Assembly (NCBI GenBank): GCA_025349965.1
Contig: CP075337.1
Location: 510,001 to 542,000 of the forward strand
DNA: 32,000 nucleotides
Origin: Candidatus Saccharimonadota bacterium
GTDB lineage: Bacteria; Patescibacteriota; Saccharimonadia; Saccharimonadales; Saccharimonadaceae
Direction: 5' to 3'
Shown in pieces: positions 9,469 through 18,520 of this stretch (the stretch's first letter is position 1; each line of letters starts with the position of its first letter). The notes beneath the pieces are model-generated. The model searched no databases and was not told the DNA's origin. It worked only from the letters and a program-made list of their open reading frames with translations. The translations under genes were made by a program, and so were the position numbers.

Positions 9469-9906
9469 ATGTGGATTCGCTACGGACTCATTGGCCTCTG
9501 GATGCTTAGCATCTTCCTATTTTCACACCAGCCCGCCAGCTCGTCAGACAAGCAAAGTGGCTTCTTTGTCGCATTTATTGAACCGATTACTCCTGATGCC
9601 GATGGCAATCTATTAACATTTTTCGTCCGAAAATCAGCTCACTTTATTTTATACTTCATTCTCGGAGTACTCGTCTTCAACGCGCTACATAAGACAGTGC
9701 CGTCACGTAGAAAAGCAATTCTTATCAGTATATGTGTCGTGTTCGGGTATGCGGCGCTCGATGAGATTCACCAATTATTTATACCTGGACGAAGTGGGGA
9801 AGTGCGTGATGTCCTGCTTGATACCGTTGCTGGTACGATTGGCATTGGCGTATTTGCAAGCATTCAATCACTCCGTGCTCGACTAGCATTAAAACGTAAA
9901 ATGTGA
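9469..9906 (+). CDS. VanZ-like family membrane protein
   Basis: RKSAHFILYFILGVLVF and LDEIHQLFIPGRSGEVRDVLLDTVAGTIGIG match the two conserved VanZ blocks. The start is 2 nt after the galU stop. Confidence 0.8.
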   Translation: MWIRYGLIGLWMLSIFLFSHQPASSSDKQSGFFVAFIEPITPDADGNLLTFFVRKSAHFILYFILGVLVFNALHKTVPSRRKAILISICVVFGYAALDEIHQLFIPGRSGEVRDVLLDTVAGTIGIGVFASIQSLRARLALKRKM

Positions 9907-9912
9907 TATAAT
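9904..9912 (+). promoter_or_regulatory. Extended -10 box TGATATAAT, 8 nt upstream of the LCP start codon
   Basis: TGTGATATAAT overlaps the VanZ stop codon. ATG 9921 follows with no Shine-Dalgarno sequence. Confidence 0.5.
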
Positions 9913-9920
9913 AATAGAAT

Positions 9921-11363
9921 ATGCCAAAGTCATCTCAAAAAACAAGTACCACTCCTTGGTACCAACATCCAAAATTCAAGAAGATCATCAGTAGTACCCC
10001 TCAATATCTTGGTATCATCACCATCCTCCTCGCAGCAGTTGCAGTGATAACTCTTTTTATCGGCGGCGTACTACCGGCACTTTGGCTCGCTATCCTTGTG
10101 ATACTTGGCGGGTTTGGTCTCTGGCTCACACTAAAGCCACTTTTTTCTAAAAAGACACCGCCAAAGCGTCTTATTGCACCCGCAATTTTTGCTGTCGTTA
10201 TTTCAATTATCAGTATTGCTGTTGCATCATTTAATATTTCCGTCATGAATTTTCTTCGTGGCATTCAGGAGGGTGAATACCAGACCGTTACGTATTCAAT
10301 CATTGCAGAAAAAGACCGCTCAATGACAACTGAGAAAGCAAAAACTGCTGGTCTCGTGCACACCGACCCTTACCTTGAAGAGTCTAAAAAAGAGCTTAAA
10401 AATCACACAAAAGCTGATCCAAAAGACTATCCAACAACCAAAGCGGCGATGGAAGACCTTAAGGCTGACACGATCGACACAACCGTACTCAATACCGCCA
10501 ATGTACAGCTTGCCAAAGAATCTTATGAAGACTTCGATCAAAACTTTGAGGTTATTGCCACGTTTACTATCAAGGTGAAGGGGGCTACCGCCACAAAAGA
10601 CAACGCTGACGCCTCAAAGCCATTCGCACTCTACATCAGCGGTATCGATACCTACGGAGAAATTAGCGCCGTTTCACGCAGCGATGTGAATATGCTTGCG
10701 GTTGCAAACCCGACAACACGAAACCTCCTCCTCATTAATACGCCGCGCGACTATTACGTGCAGCTCCATGGCACAACCGGCACGAAAGATAAACTTACTC
10801 ACGCCGGTGTCTACGGTATTGATATGTCACGTCAAACACTCGAAGACCTCTACGGCATCGAGATTCCGTACTATATCCGTATTAACTTCTCGTCACTCGT
10901 TACTATTGTTGATGCGGTGGGTGGCGTTGATGTCTATTCTGACCGCGCTTTCAAGTCATTCCACGAGGGACAAAATCACCTTAATGGAAAAGATGCACTT
11001 GCGTTTTCACGCGAACGCTACAGCTTCTCGGAAGGTGACCGCCAACGCGGACGTAATCAACAGCGCGTTATTGAGGCGCTCGTCAATAAACTCAGTACAC
11101 CTGGAGCCCTCGCAAACTATCAGTCAATCCTTGGTGCCGCACAGGGGGCAATTCAAACTAATCTACCACCGTCCTTCATCACAAGCCTTGCAAATAAGCA
11201 GGTTTCAGATGCGAAGCGTTGGACCACTCGTTCTATGAGCGTTGATGGCACGGGCAGTATGGGGCCAACCTATAGCATGGGTGCGCAGCCGCTCTATATT
11301 ATGATTCCGGACGAAACATCACTCAATTCCGCTCGCACGGCAGCCCAGCAACAGCTAAAATAA
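9921..11363 (+). CDS. LytR-CpsA-Psr (LCP) family glycopolymer-peptidoglycan ligase
   Basis: N-terminal TM helices, then FALYISGIDTYGEISAVSRSDVNMLAVANPTTRNLLLINTPRDYYVQL...KLTHAGVYG...ALAFSRERYSFSEGDRQRGRNQQRV, the LCP catalytic-domain pattern. Confidence 0.85.
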   Translation: MPKSSQKTSTTPWYQHPKFKKIISSTPQYLGIITILLAAVAVITLFIGGVLPALWLAILVILGGFGLWLTLKPLFSKKTPPKRLIAPAIFAVVISIISIAVASFNISVMNFLRGIQEGEYQTVTYSIIAEKDRSMTTEKAKTAGLVHTDPYLEESKKELKNHTKADPKDYPTTKAAMEDLKADTIDTTVLNTANVQLAKESYEDFDQNFEVIATFTIKVKGATATKDNADASKPFALYISGIDTYGEISAVSRSDVNMLAVANPTTRNLLLINTPRDYYVQLHGTTGTKDKLTHAGVYGIDMSRQTLEDLYGIEIPYYIRINFSSLVTIVDAVGGVDVYSDRAFKSFHEGQNHLNGKDALAFSRERYSFSEGDRQRGRNQQRVIEALVNKLSTPGALANYQSILGAAQGAIQTNLPPSFITSLANKQVSDAKRWTTRSMSVDGTGSMGPTYSMGAQPLYIMIPDETSLNSARTAAQQQLK

Positions 11364-11435
11364 TCTTGCCATTCCGCCCCTTATAGCGCATACTTAAGCG
11401 TAAGAGGTATACAAAAAGGGTAGGCAACTTAAAGA

Positions 11436-13532
11436 ATGGCTCCATTAAAACTTTCGTCGTCGTGGTATCGTCGGTTTTTTACGGCGATTATTGTTGCATC
11501 CGTTGTATACGGTGCGCTCTACAGCACCTACACCGCTATTACCAAGCCACTTTTTAATAGTGGCGCTTTTGATGGTATTGCGTTAGCGGGGGCGGCTTTA
11601 TCTCTTGCAATAGGGATAATCGGCCTTTCTCTCCTGAAGAAGAACCCCACCGAAACCCCTCGCACAGTGGCGCTTTTCGCTTTCATTCTCTTCGCGCTCA
11701 CTACCGCCTATAGTGTTCAGCAGAGCGGAGGAATCGTCTCTCCATTTATAGCATTCTGGGCGTTAGTGGTCTTTTTCTCTCCAATTTTTGGAGCATATGG
11801 CTGGCTTCTTACTATTATTCTCACCGGAAGCTATACTGCTGCCGCATACCTTAATCAAGACCTCTCAACTCCAACGGCAATTGCCATTTCGCTCAGTAGC
11901 CTACTACCGCTTGGTCTTGGACTATTCCTCTTTCGGGAACACGCCGAGCAACCAGACCCATCCGGGACAAACGTCAAGCACCTCGCCAGTCAGCTTTCAG
12001 AGGTTGCCGCTAAATCTGAGATTATTATTAACGCCATCGGTGACGGGGTGATTGCGGTTGATGGAAAAGGAATTGTACAGCTTATCAACCCGGCCGCTCA
12101 AAATATTCTCGGATGGGGCAAGCAAGATGCACTGCTCCTAAATTACAAATCCGTACTCAAACTCACCGACGAACAAAACAAGCCCCTAGATGACTCACAA
12201 AACCCCGTACAGGAAGTGCTCAACACAAACCAAATGGCACACGGCAATAAGCTTGTAGCCCTCACAAAAGCAGAACAAAAGGTGTCTATTTCAGTAACCG
12301 TCTCTCCAATTGATTCCAGCGGCTCCGGTGTTATTATCATCTTCCGCGATGTCACCAAAGAACGCGCCGAAGAGCGAGAGCAAGCAGAGTTTATCAGTAC
12401 AGCAAGTCATGAAATGCGCACACCGGTTGCTTCTATTGAAGGCTATCTTGGCCTCGCGCTCAACCCAAACACCGCCACTATTGACCAGCGAGCCTTTGAT
12501 TTTATTAAAAAGGCCCAGGATTCCGCGGCGCACCTCGGCCGCCTCTTCCAAGACCTGCTCGACGTTTCAAAAGCAGAAGATGGCAGGATGACAAACATTC
12601 CAAAAGTCACTGATCTCGTTCCTTTTGTTCAGGAGCTTGCCGAAGGGCTCAACCAAAAAGCAGTCGATAAGGGGTTGCGCCTCATTTTCAACCCGGGGCA
12701 ATCAAGCGCGCAGCGTAAACTCATGCCCGTCTATTACGTTCATCAAGACCCAAGTCACATGCGCGAGATTATCGATAATCTTATCGAAAACGCCATCAAA
12801 TACACTCCGGAAGGCGAAGTCACAGTAGATATCGCCGGGTCAGAGGATAGGGTAGTAGTAAGCATTAAAGACACTGGCCTTGGGATTCCAGCCGAGGACT
12901 TAACACACCTCTTCCAAAAGTTTTATCGCATTGACAATGCAGACCGCCAGGAAATTGGCGGCACCGGCCTCGGACTCTACTTGTCACGTCGCCTTGCGGA
13001 ATCAATGAACGGAAGAATTTGGGCAGAAAGCACCTTCAAGGAGGGGAGTACTTTCTTCCTTGAATTACCGCGTATCAGCACACAAGAAGCTGAAAGCTTA
13101 AAGCAAGAAGAGGCATCGACCATCCGCCCAGAGCCTATCACTATCCCAGTACAAGTGCCAGAAGAAGCACCTGGTGTCCCAACACCACCACAAAGTAACC
13201 CTCTGCCACCGGCACCAACTCAGCCCGTTGTCGCAGCACCAGCGCCACCTACACAACCAGAAGTAGCGTCCGCTGCACCCCCAACGCAGCAACTCCCACC
13301 TCAACCTACTCCAATTCCAGCACAGCCAGCCCCAGTGCAAGCCGTAGCGCCTATCGCACAGCAGCCACAAACACCGGCGGTACCCACACCTCCGCAGCAG
13401 CAACCTGCAGCAGCACGTCCAGCTACGACAGTTCCACGCGGAGAAAGTCTCACCCGAGACCAAATCGCCGAACGCGTCCGTCAACTTGAAGAGCTCGCAA
13501 AACAGCAGCGTGAACAGGGTATCGGAAGGTAG
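11436..13532 (+). CDS. Sensor histidine kinase (multi-TM, PAS, HisKA, HATPase_c) with a Pro/Ala/Gln-rich C-terminal extension of about 140 aa
   Basis: About 5-6 N-terminal TM segments. PAS-like IINAIGDGVIAVDGKGIVQLINPAAQNILGW. H-box FISTASHEMRTPVASIEGYLGL. N-box IIDNLIENAIKYTPEG. G-boxes IKDTGLGIP and GGTGLGLYLSRRLAESMNGRIW. From about aa 555 the sequence is low-complexity PxP-rich. Confidence 0.9.
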   Translation: MAPLKLSSSWYRRFFTAIIVASVVYGALYSTYTAITKPLFNSGAFDGIALAGAALSLAIGIIGLSLLKKNPTETPRTVALFAFILFALTTAYSVQQSGGIVSPFIAFWALVVFFSPIFGAYGWLLTIILTGSYTAAAYLNQDLSTPTAIAISLSSLLPLGLGLFLFREHAEQPDPSGTNVKHLASQLSEVAAKSEIIINAIGDGVIAVDGKGIVQLINPAAQNILGWGKQDALLLNYKSVLKLTDEQNKPLDDSQNPVQEVLNTNQMAHGNKLVALTKAEQKVSISVTVSPIDSSGSGVIIIFRDVTKERAEEREQAEFISTASHEMRTPVASIEGYLGLALNPNTATIDQRAFDFIKKAQDSAAHLGRLFQDLLDVSKAEDGRMTNIPKVTDLVPFVQELAEGLNQKAVDKGLRLIFNPGQSSAQRKLMPVYYVHQDPSHMREIIDNLIENAIKYTPEGEVTVDIAGSEDRVVVSIKDTGLGIPAEDLTHLFQKFYRIDNADRQEIGGTGLGLYLSRRLAESMNGRIWAESTFKEGSTFFLELPRISTQEAESLKQEEASTIRPEPITIPVQVPEEAPGVPTPPQSNPLPPAPTQPVVAAPAPPTQPEVASAAPPTQQLPPQPTPIPAQPAPVQAVAPIAQQPQTPAVPTPPQQQPAAARPATTVPRGESLTRDQIAERVRQLEELAKQQREQGIGR

Positions 13533-13607
13533 TACACGATGGGTTTTAAGATTAAGCATAAGAAGTATAGTAATTTTCACATAAGTTAGGTAGAATAAAG
13601 AGTAATT

Positions 13608-14696
13608 ATGGCAAAAATCCTATTAGTCGAGGACGATAAAAGCTTACGCGAGATTTATGGCGTTCGTTTGATGGCCGAAGGGTACGAAATTGTATCTGCC
13701 GGTGATGGTGAAGAAGCACTTGCAATGGCAATCAAGGAGCGTCCAAATCTTATTATTAGCGATGTTATGATGCCAAAGATCAGCGGCTTTGATATGCTCG
13801 ATATTCTTCGCAGCACCACCGAGACAAAAGACGTGAAAGTTATTATGATGACCGCGCTTTCAAGCGAAGATCAACGCGCCCGCGGCGAAGCACTCGGTGC
13901 GGACCGCTATCTTGTTAAGTCTCAAGTTGGCATTGAAGACGTCGTTCGTACGGTCCATGAAGTCATTGGCGACTCCGTCGCGCCGGCTGCTGTTCCACAA
14001 TTTGGCCCAGGCCAAGTTGCACCAGCTGCCACTGCGGTAGAGACAAACTCTATTCCAGCTCCAATGCCAGCAGCACCAGCACCACCGGTTATTCCTACTC
14101 CAGCACCTGTTTCTATGGAACCTATGCCAGCAGCACCAGCTCCGGCTGTTGCTCCTACACCCGTAGCACCGGTTGAAGCGCCACTCCCAGTGGTGGCACC
14201 CGTAGTAGAAGAACCTGCGGTCACAATGCCCGAACTTCCACCACTTCCTGAAGCACCAGTAGAAATGCCCGCACCTATTCAGCCACCAGCGGCTGCACCT
14301 ACACCAGTTGCACCAGCTCCAGCAGAAGTTGCGCCGGCACCTGTCGCAGCACCAACACCTCAACCAATGCCCGCACCACAAGCTCCTATAGCTCCTCAAC
14401 AAGAAGTGGCACCAATTCAAACTCCGGCAGCACCCGTAGCCCCAGAGCCAGTCATGGCAACACCCGTAGCGCAACCAACTCCACAGCCGGTCGCTCCAGC
14501 GCCAGCTGCTCCTGTTGAATCAAATCTTCCACAGCCTACTGCGCCATTTTCATCACCCGCACCAGCATCGCTCGGCGAACGAGTTATTGAACCGCTCGTA
14601 AACCCAACTGCGCCTCAGCAAACACAAGACATTGCCAGCCAAATGGCACAAGCGCTTGGCGGGGAAACACAGCCTCCACAACCGCCGCAGCAATAG
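13608..14696 (+). CDS. Response-regulator receiver domain protein with a Pro/Ala-rich tail of about 240 aa and no recognisable output domain
   Basis: aa 1-120 is CheY-like (KILLVEDD, LIISDVMMPKISGFD, VIMMTALS, YLVKS). The remainder consists almost entirely of P/A/V/Q/T/E. Confidence 0.85.
   Translation: MAKILLVEDDKSLREIYGVRLMAEGYEIVSAGDGEEALAMAIKERPNLIISDVMMPKISGFDMLDILRSTTETKDVKVIMMTALSSEDQRARGEALGADRYLVKSQVGIEDVVRTVHEVIGDSVAPAAVPQFGPGQVAPAATAVETNSIPAPMPAAPAPPVIPTPAPVSMEPMPAAPAPAVAPTPVAPVEAPLPVVAPVVEEPAVTMPELPPLPEAPVEMPAPIQPPAAAPTPVAPAPAEVAPAPVAAPTPQPMPAPQAPIAPQQEVAPIQTPAAPVAPEPVMATPVAQPTPQPVAPAPAAPVESNLPQPTAPFSSPAPASLGERVIEPLVNPTAPQQTQDIASQMAQALGGETQPPQPPQQ
14064..14140 (+). repeat. Internal 60-nt-period duplication within the Pro/Ala-rich tail
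   Basis: ATGCCAGCAGCACCAGC at 14064-14080 recurs exactly at 14124-14140. The encoded 20-aa units are PMPAAPAPPVIPTPAPVSME and PMPAAPAPAVAPTPVAPVEA. Confidence 0.6.
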
Positions 14697-14700
14697 TCCG

Positions 14701-14709
14701 TGCTACACT
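14701..14709 (+). promoter_or_regulatory. Extended -10 box TGCTACACT, 7 nt upstream of ATG 14717 (leaderless configuration)
   Basis: The box starts 5 nt after the receiver gene's stop. There is no SD sequence before the ATG. Confidence 0.5.
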
Positions 14710-14716
14710 TATAGAT

Positions 14717-15397
14717 ATGACAGAACGGCTTAATAAATATTTAGCATTTCACCTCGGAGTCTCACGACGCGAGGCTGATTTGCTTATTGAGAAGGGGAGT
14801 GTTTGGGTAAACGGCACCGTCGCGACGCTTGGCGGCCGTCTCGAAACAGGTGATACTGTTACCGTGGATGGTACGATTGTTAAAGAAAAAGAAAATTACA
14901 CTTATCTTCTCTTTAATAAGCCTGCCGGATACGTCTCATCTCGCAAGCAACAAGGCGACAATCCAACACTTTATGATTTACTCCCAAAAGAATTTCACGA
15001 TCTCAAGCCAGTAGGGCGTCTTGATAAAGACAGTAGCGGACTTCTCATCCTCACCAATGACGGTGACTTTGCCTACGAAATGACCCACCCGAAGTTTTAT
15101 AAGATTAAGAATTATGAAGTATCCCTTGATAAACCACTTGAGCCACTTCACCAACAGATGATTAGTGATTACGGCATTGCGCTTGAAGATGGACCAAGCA
15201 AACTCAGCCTTGAACGCCGGAATGACGAGCGGACCGACTGGCTCGTGACCATGCATGAAGGCCGCAATCGACAGATCCGCCGCACGTTTGATACGCTGGG
15301 CTATAGTGTTACGGCATTGCACAGGATTAGCTTTGGACCGTATCTTATCGCTGAGTTAAAACCGGGTGAATTTAAAGCTAGCGAACGTCGTCTTTGA
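14717..15397 (+). CDS. Pseudouridine synthase, RsuA/RluB family (S4 domain plus catalytic domain)
   Basis: S4-like RLNKYLAFHLGVSRREADLLIEKGSVWVNG; catalytic GRLDKDSSGLLILTNDG; GRNRQIRRTF. Confidence 0.85.
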   Translation: MTERLNKYLAFHLGVSRREADLLIEKGSVWVNGTVATLGGRLETGDTVTVDGTIVKEKENYTYLLFNKPAGYVSSRKQQGDNPTLYDLLPKEFHDLKPVGRLDKDSSGLLILTNDGDFAYEMTHPKFYKIKNYEVSLDKPLEPLHQQMISDYGIALEDGPSKLSLERRNDERTDWLVTMHEGRNRQIRRTFDTLGYSVTALHRISFGPYLIAELKPGEFKASERRL

Positions 15398-15561
15398 GTT
15401 CGCCAAAATCAACATTCTCCTGTGTGTCTCATTATACGTTCCGATAGCAAACATACTCTTAACATATAAAAGATATGTGTTTTCTGATGACACAAAAAAA
15501 GAGTGGTGCTGAAATATTTTTCTCACTCAAACTGCTTACGCTCGCCAAAACCTCAAAACTA

Positions 15562-15570
15562 TGCTACAAT
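15562..15570 (+). promoter_or_regulatory. Extended -10 box TGCTACAAT, 10 nt upstream of the der ATG
   Basis: It sits inside the N-terminal extension of the listed ORF, which argues that the extension is not translated. Confidence 0.5.
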
Positions 15571-15580
15571 TACCTCTGTT

Positions 15581-16969
15581 ATGGCATCAAAACTACCAAC
15601 CGTTGCAATTATTGGACGAGCGAACGCAGGAAAAAGTTCGCTTTTTAACCGTTTCTTAAAGTCTCGTCAAGCAATTGTTGCGCGAGAAGCCGGAACAACT
15701 AGGGATAACGTCCTTGGAAAGGTGACCTATGGTGACCACCAGTTCTGGCTCGTTGACACTGCCGGCCTCAAAGACCCAAATGACGAATTTGAGGCATCTA
15801 TTCAAGATCAGATCGCCGAAGCTGCTGATGCCGCAGATGTTATTCTTGTTGTTACCGACAGCACTGAATACGTTGGCGACGAAGACCGCATCGTGGCAAA
15901 GAAGGCCCTAAGGAGCAAAAAGCCTGTCATCCTTCTCACTAACAAGTCAGACCTCAAAGAAAGCCTTCCAGTAGATGAATTCCGTCGCCTTGGTATTAAG
16001 GAAATCATCCCAACTAGTGCCGAGCACAACATCGGTATTCACGAAACACTTGAACGTGTTACTGAACTTATTCCCGCTAAAACTCAACAAGACCACGACG
16101 CCATTCGCGTCTCACTAATTGGCCGCCCAAACGTGGGGAAGAGCAATCTCTTCAACACTCTGGCGGGCAAGCAGCAAGCATTGGTTGCAAATATCGCCGG
16201 CACAACCCGTGATATCAACCGCGTTAAAGTAAAGTACAAAGGCGAATATATTGAGCTTCTCGACACTGCCGGCGTGCGCCGTCAAGGTAAGCAAGAAGTG
16301 GGCATTGAAAAGTTCAGCGTCCTCCGCACTCTTCAAGCAATTGAAGAATCTGATATCTGCTTCCTCCTCATGGATGTAAACGAGCTCAACACCCAGCTTG
16401 ATCAGCGCCTCGCTGGTATCATTAACGAAGCCGGCAAGGGAATGGTTATCGTTGTAAGCAAGTGGGATAGCGTCATGGATAAAGATGCCTTCACTCGTGA
16501 CGCACTCGCGCCACGCATCTCTCGTACTTTCGACTTCGTGCCATGGGTGCCACTCATCTTCACCAGCAGCGTTACCGGGCAAAATGTCTCAAAGCTTTTT
16601 GACCTCGTCCTTGAAATCCAAGAACGTCGCACCCAAGAGTTTAAGACTCGTAAGCTCAACGACCTTCTTCAAAAGACCGTTGCCCAACATCCACCTTCAG
16701 GGCTCAAGAACACCCATCCACGCCTTCGCTACATGGTACAAACAGACGTTTCGCCACCATGGTTTGTGATTTACGGAAGTAACCTCAAGTTTATTCACTG
16801 GAGCTATAAGCGTCACCTTGAGCGCGTCATGCGTGAAAACTTTGACCTTGTTGGGACCGCCATTAAGTTTAGCTTCCGCGACGAAAAGCAAATTAAGGCA
16901 AACCGCGAGAAGGAACGCCTTGCGGCAGAAAAGGCCCTCAAGCGAGCCGAAGCAGAAACTGAAAACTAA
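15581..16969 (+). CDS. der: Ribosome-associated GTPase Der/EngA (tandem G domains plus KH-like domain)
   Basis: GRANAGKSSLFN/DTAG/NKSD and GRPNVGKSNLFN/DTAG/SKWD. I chose the start at ATG 15581 (MASKLPTVAIIG), not the listed GTG 15503. Confidence 0.9.
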   Translation: MASKLPTVAIIGRANAGKSSLFNRFLKSRQAIVAREAGTTRDNVLGKVTYGDHQFWLVDTAGLKDPNDEFEASIQDQIAEAADAADVILVVTDSTEYVGDEDRIVAKKALRSKKPVILLTNKSDLKESLPVDEFRRLGIKEIIPTSAEHNIGIHETLERVTELIPAKTQQDHDAIRVSLIGRPNVGKSNLFNTLAGKQQALVANIAGTTRDINRVKVKYKGEYIELLDTAGVRRQGKQEVGIEKFSVLRTLQAIEESDICFLLMDVNELNTQLDQRLAGIINEAGKGMVIVVSKWDSVMDKDAFTRDALAPRISRTFDFVPWVPLIFTSSVTGQNVSKLFDLVLEIQERRTQEFKTRKLNDLLQKTVAQHPPSGLKNTHPRLRYMVQTDVSPPWFVIYGSNLKFIHWSYKRHLERVMRENFDLVGTAIKFSFRDEKQIKANREKERLAAEKALKRAEAETEN

Positions 16970-16970
16970 A

Positions 16971-17004
16971 AATATCGCCCCTGAAATTGGGGCGATATTT
17001 TTAA
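16971..17004 (+). terminator. Intrinsic terminator after der (the hairpin could also work on the opposite strand)
   Basis: 11-bp stem AAUAUCGCCCC/GGGGCGAUAUU with a 7-nt loop, followed by UUUUUAAC. Confidence 0.75.
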
Positions 17005-17057
17005 CTAAAAGAAAAAGGACTCACCCTCAGTCGCACGGAGCGACGAAAGGGGAGTCC
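17003..17057 (-). terminator. Intrinsic terminator of the minus-strand membrane-protein gene
   Basis: GGACUC/GAGUCC plus CCC/GGG outer stem and GUCGC/GCGAC inner stem (17017-17057). On the minus strand it is followed by UUUUUCUUUU. Confidence 0.6.
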
Positions 17058-17094
17058 AAGTTCTTGAGAGGGCGTATCATCATAGGCGAGCACC

Positions 17095-17466
17095 TTAGCG
17101 CGGCAATACGATGTTATTCGTGCGGCGAAGCATGACATCCCGGCACTGTCGCCGAAGGTGGATGAATCCGATCAGACAGATCGCAAACCCCATGATTCCT
17201 CCCACCAAAGCGAGTACAGAGAACACCAAGAAGATAACTCCGGTGGCCTCAACAACAGCAGCTCCAGCGATACCTGCAATGATCAAGATCACCACAGTGA
17301 GAACGGACAGCAATGTCGCATTTTCCGTCTCGCCCGCGAAAAGCCTCGGGTTCTTCGTCTTGTCCCGCGCACGATGCACGTGACGCATCAAGATGAGCAT
17401 CAAAACGACGAGTGCCAGAAAAAGCATCGACGCAACACCCATCATGACATAGCCGATCACGACCAT
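17095..17466 (-). CDS. Small integral membrane protein (3-4 TM), unknown function
   Basis: It is one of only two convincing minus-strand CDSs in the window (with 31201-31647). Hydrophobic segments VVIGYVMMGVASMLFLALVVLMLIL, LLSVLTVVILIIAGIAGAAVV and VIFLVFSVLALVGGIMGFAICLIGF. ATG 17466 is preceded by AAGGAAG, so I prefer it to the listed TTG at 17490. Confidence 0.6.
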   Translation of the reverse strand: MVVIGYVMMGVASMLFLALVVLMLILMRHVHRARDKTKNPRLFAGETENATLLSVLTVVILIIAGIAGAAVVEATGVIFLVFSVLALVGGIMGFAICLIGFIHLRRQCRDVMLRRTNNIVLPR

Positions 17467-17538
17467 AGTATCACTTCCTTTCAAGAACAAACCCTACATC
17501 ACAGCGATAAGGGGTATATTTACATTATATCATAATTA

Positions 17539-17547
17539 TGCTAATAT
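17539..17547 (+). promoter_or_regulatory. Extended -10 box TGCTAATAT, 6 nt upstream of ATG 17554 (leaderless configuration)
   Basis: Seen directly in the sequence; there is no SD. Confidence 0.5.
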
Positions 17548-17553
17548 TGCAAT

Positions 17554-18507
17554 ATGAGTAACGGCACAGAGCAATCACCCGAAACAGCCTTTTCCTCCAA
17601 ATCACGCTACGCCACTATTGAACGAAATAACGCAGAATCCTTTCTTTTTCACGAGCACCCACCCCTTGAAGTCATCCACTCACTTCACAGCATAGGTAAC
17701 TCTCGCGAACTTGGCGCCGTCGCCACTCGCACACTCCTTGCCGGCAACATGAGCCCTCTCAATGAGTACGGGCCAGTCCATCTTACACCAGAAGGGCGTG
17801 TTCACGACGCAAGGCGCAACGTTGCGGCCTTTCTCCACCAAAATAATATAGACCAGAAGCAAATACGCCTTCTCGCCCCAGAGCGCGACTACACCACGCC
17901 ACTCACCATCATCAACCTCGATACTATTTCACTCGAGCAAGATGACGCCCAACTTCTTCGGCCAGCAACAAAAGGCGACTTCATGTACACCCACAACGCC
18001 GAACTCGCTCTTGCCGTCCGTCCAGCTGATTGCCCAGTGGCATTTGTATCCGCCGAGACGCCAAAAGGGGAGGTGTCAGCACTTATTCACTTTGCATGGC
18101 TTGGTGTTGCACACGGGTACGTCACTCAAGCAAAAGAAGCTCTTAACTCCCTTGAAGTGAACTGGGAGAGTCTTCGCGTACGCCTTTCCGCCGGCGCGCA
18201 TGCTAAGTCGTATCGTTATACCAACTATCCAGAAGATCCTCGTGAAAAATTCCCCATCAGCGATGGACTCTTTGTTGATATCACACAAGGCAAAGAGGAT
18301 ACTACCTACAACTTTGCCATAGACGTTGCCGCCGCGGCCTATGAGGAAGTACTTAAGCACTGGGACATCACCCCGTACCAACTCTTTATGGACACCTCAG
18401 ACACCGCTGCACCAGAAGTGGGCTATTCGTCACACAGCCGTACCCACCAGCACTACCCGGTTGACGGCGAAAACTCCCGCGACCTTGTGGTAGCACGCCG
18501 CCCTTAG
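17554..18507 (+). CDS. YfiH/PgeF (DUF152, laccase-domain) family protein, with an N-terminal extension
   Basis: RPADCPVAFVS...ALIHFAWLGVAHGY resembles the ADC-P-V ... H-x-G-W-R-G core of the family, and the C-terminal GYSSHSR resembles the F-S-Y-R-R end motif. At 317 aa it is longer than typical members. Confidence 0.55.
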   Translation: MSNGTEQSPETAFSSKSRYATIERNNAESFLFHEHPPLEVIHSLHSIGNSRELGAVATRTLLAGNMSPLNEYGPVHLTPEGRVHDARRNVAAFLHQNNIDQKQIRLLAPERDYTTPLTIINLDTISLEQDDAQLLRPATKGDFMYTHNAELALAVRPADCPVAFVSAETPKGEVSALIHFAWLGVAHGYVTQAKEALNSLEVNWESLRVRLSAGAHAKSYRYTNYPEDPREKFPISDGLFVDITQGKEDTTYNFAIDVAAAAYEEVLKHWDITPYQLFMDTSDTAAPEVGYSSHSRTHQHYPVDGENSRDLVVARRP

Positions 18508-18520
18508 TATTATTAAAAGA

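Noticed and set aside
13098-14474. Long minus-strand ORFs (13098-13580, 13860-14474, 13922-14224) with Trp/Cys/Arg/Gly-rich translations
   Set aside because: They are antisense to the Pro/Ala-rich tails of the kinase and receiver. Runs of CCN/GCN codons remove stop codons from the opposite strand. The translations are low-complexity and have no start signals.
15398-15561. Possible small RNA or antisense sORF in the 183-nt gap between the pseudouridine synthase gene and der
   Set aside because: It has only AT-rich weak hairpins and a moderate second promoter-like box (TGCTGAAAT). The antisense 19-codon frame has an SD only 1 nt from its ATG. The evidence is insufficient.
15503-15580. N-terminal extension of der from GTG 15503
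   Set aside because: The extension contains the TGCTACAAT box and has no resemblance to Der. The conserved G1 motif begins right after ATG 15581.
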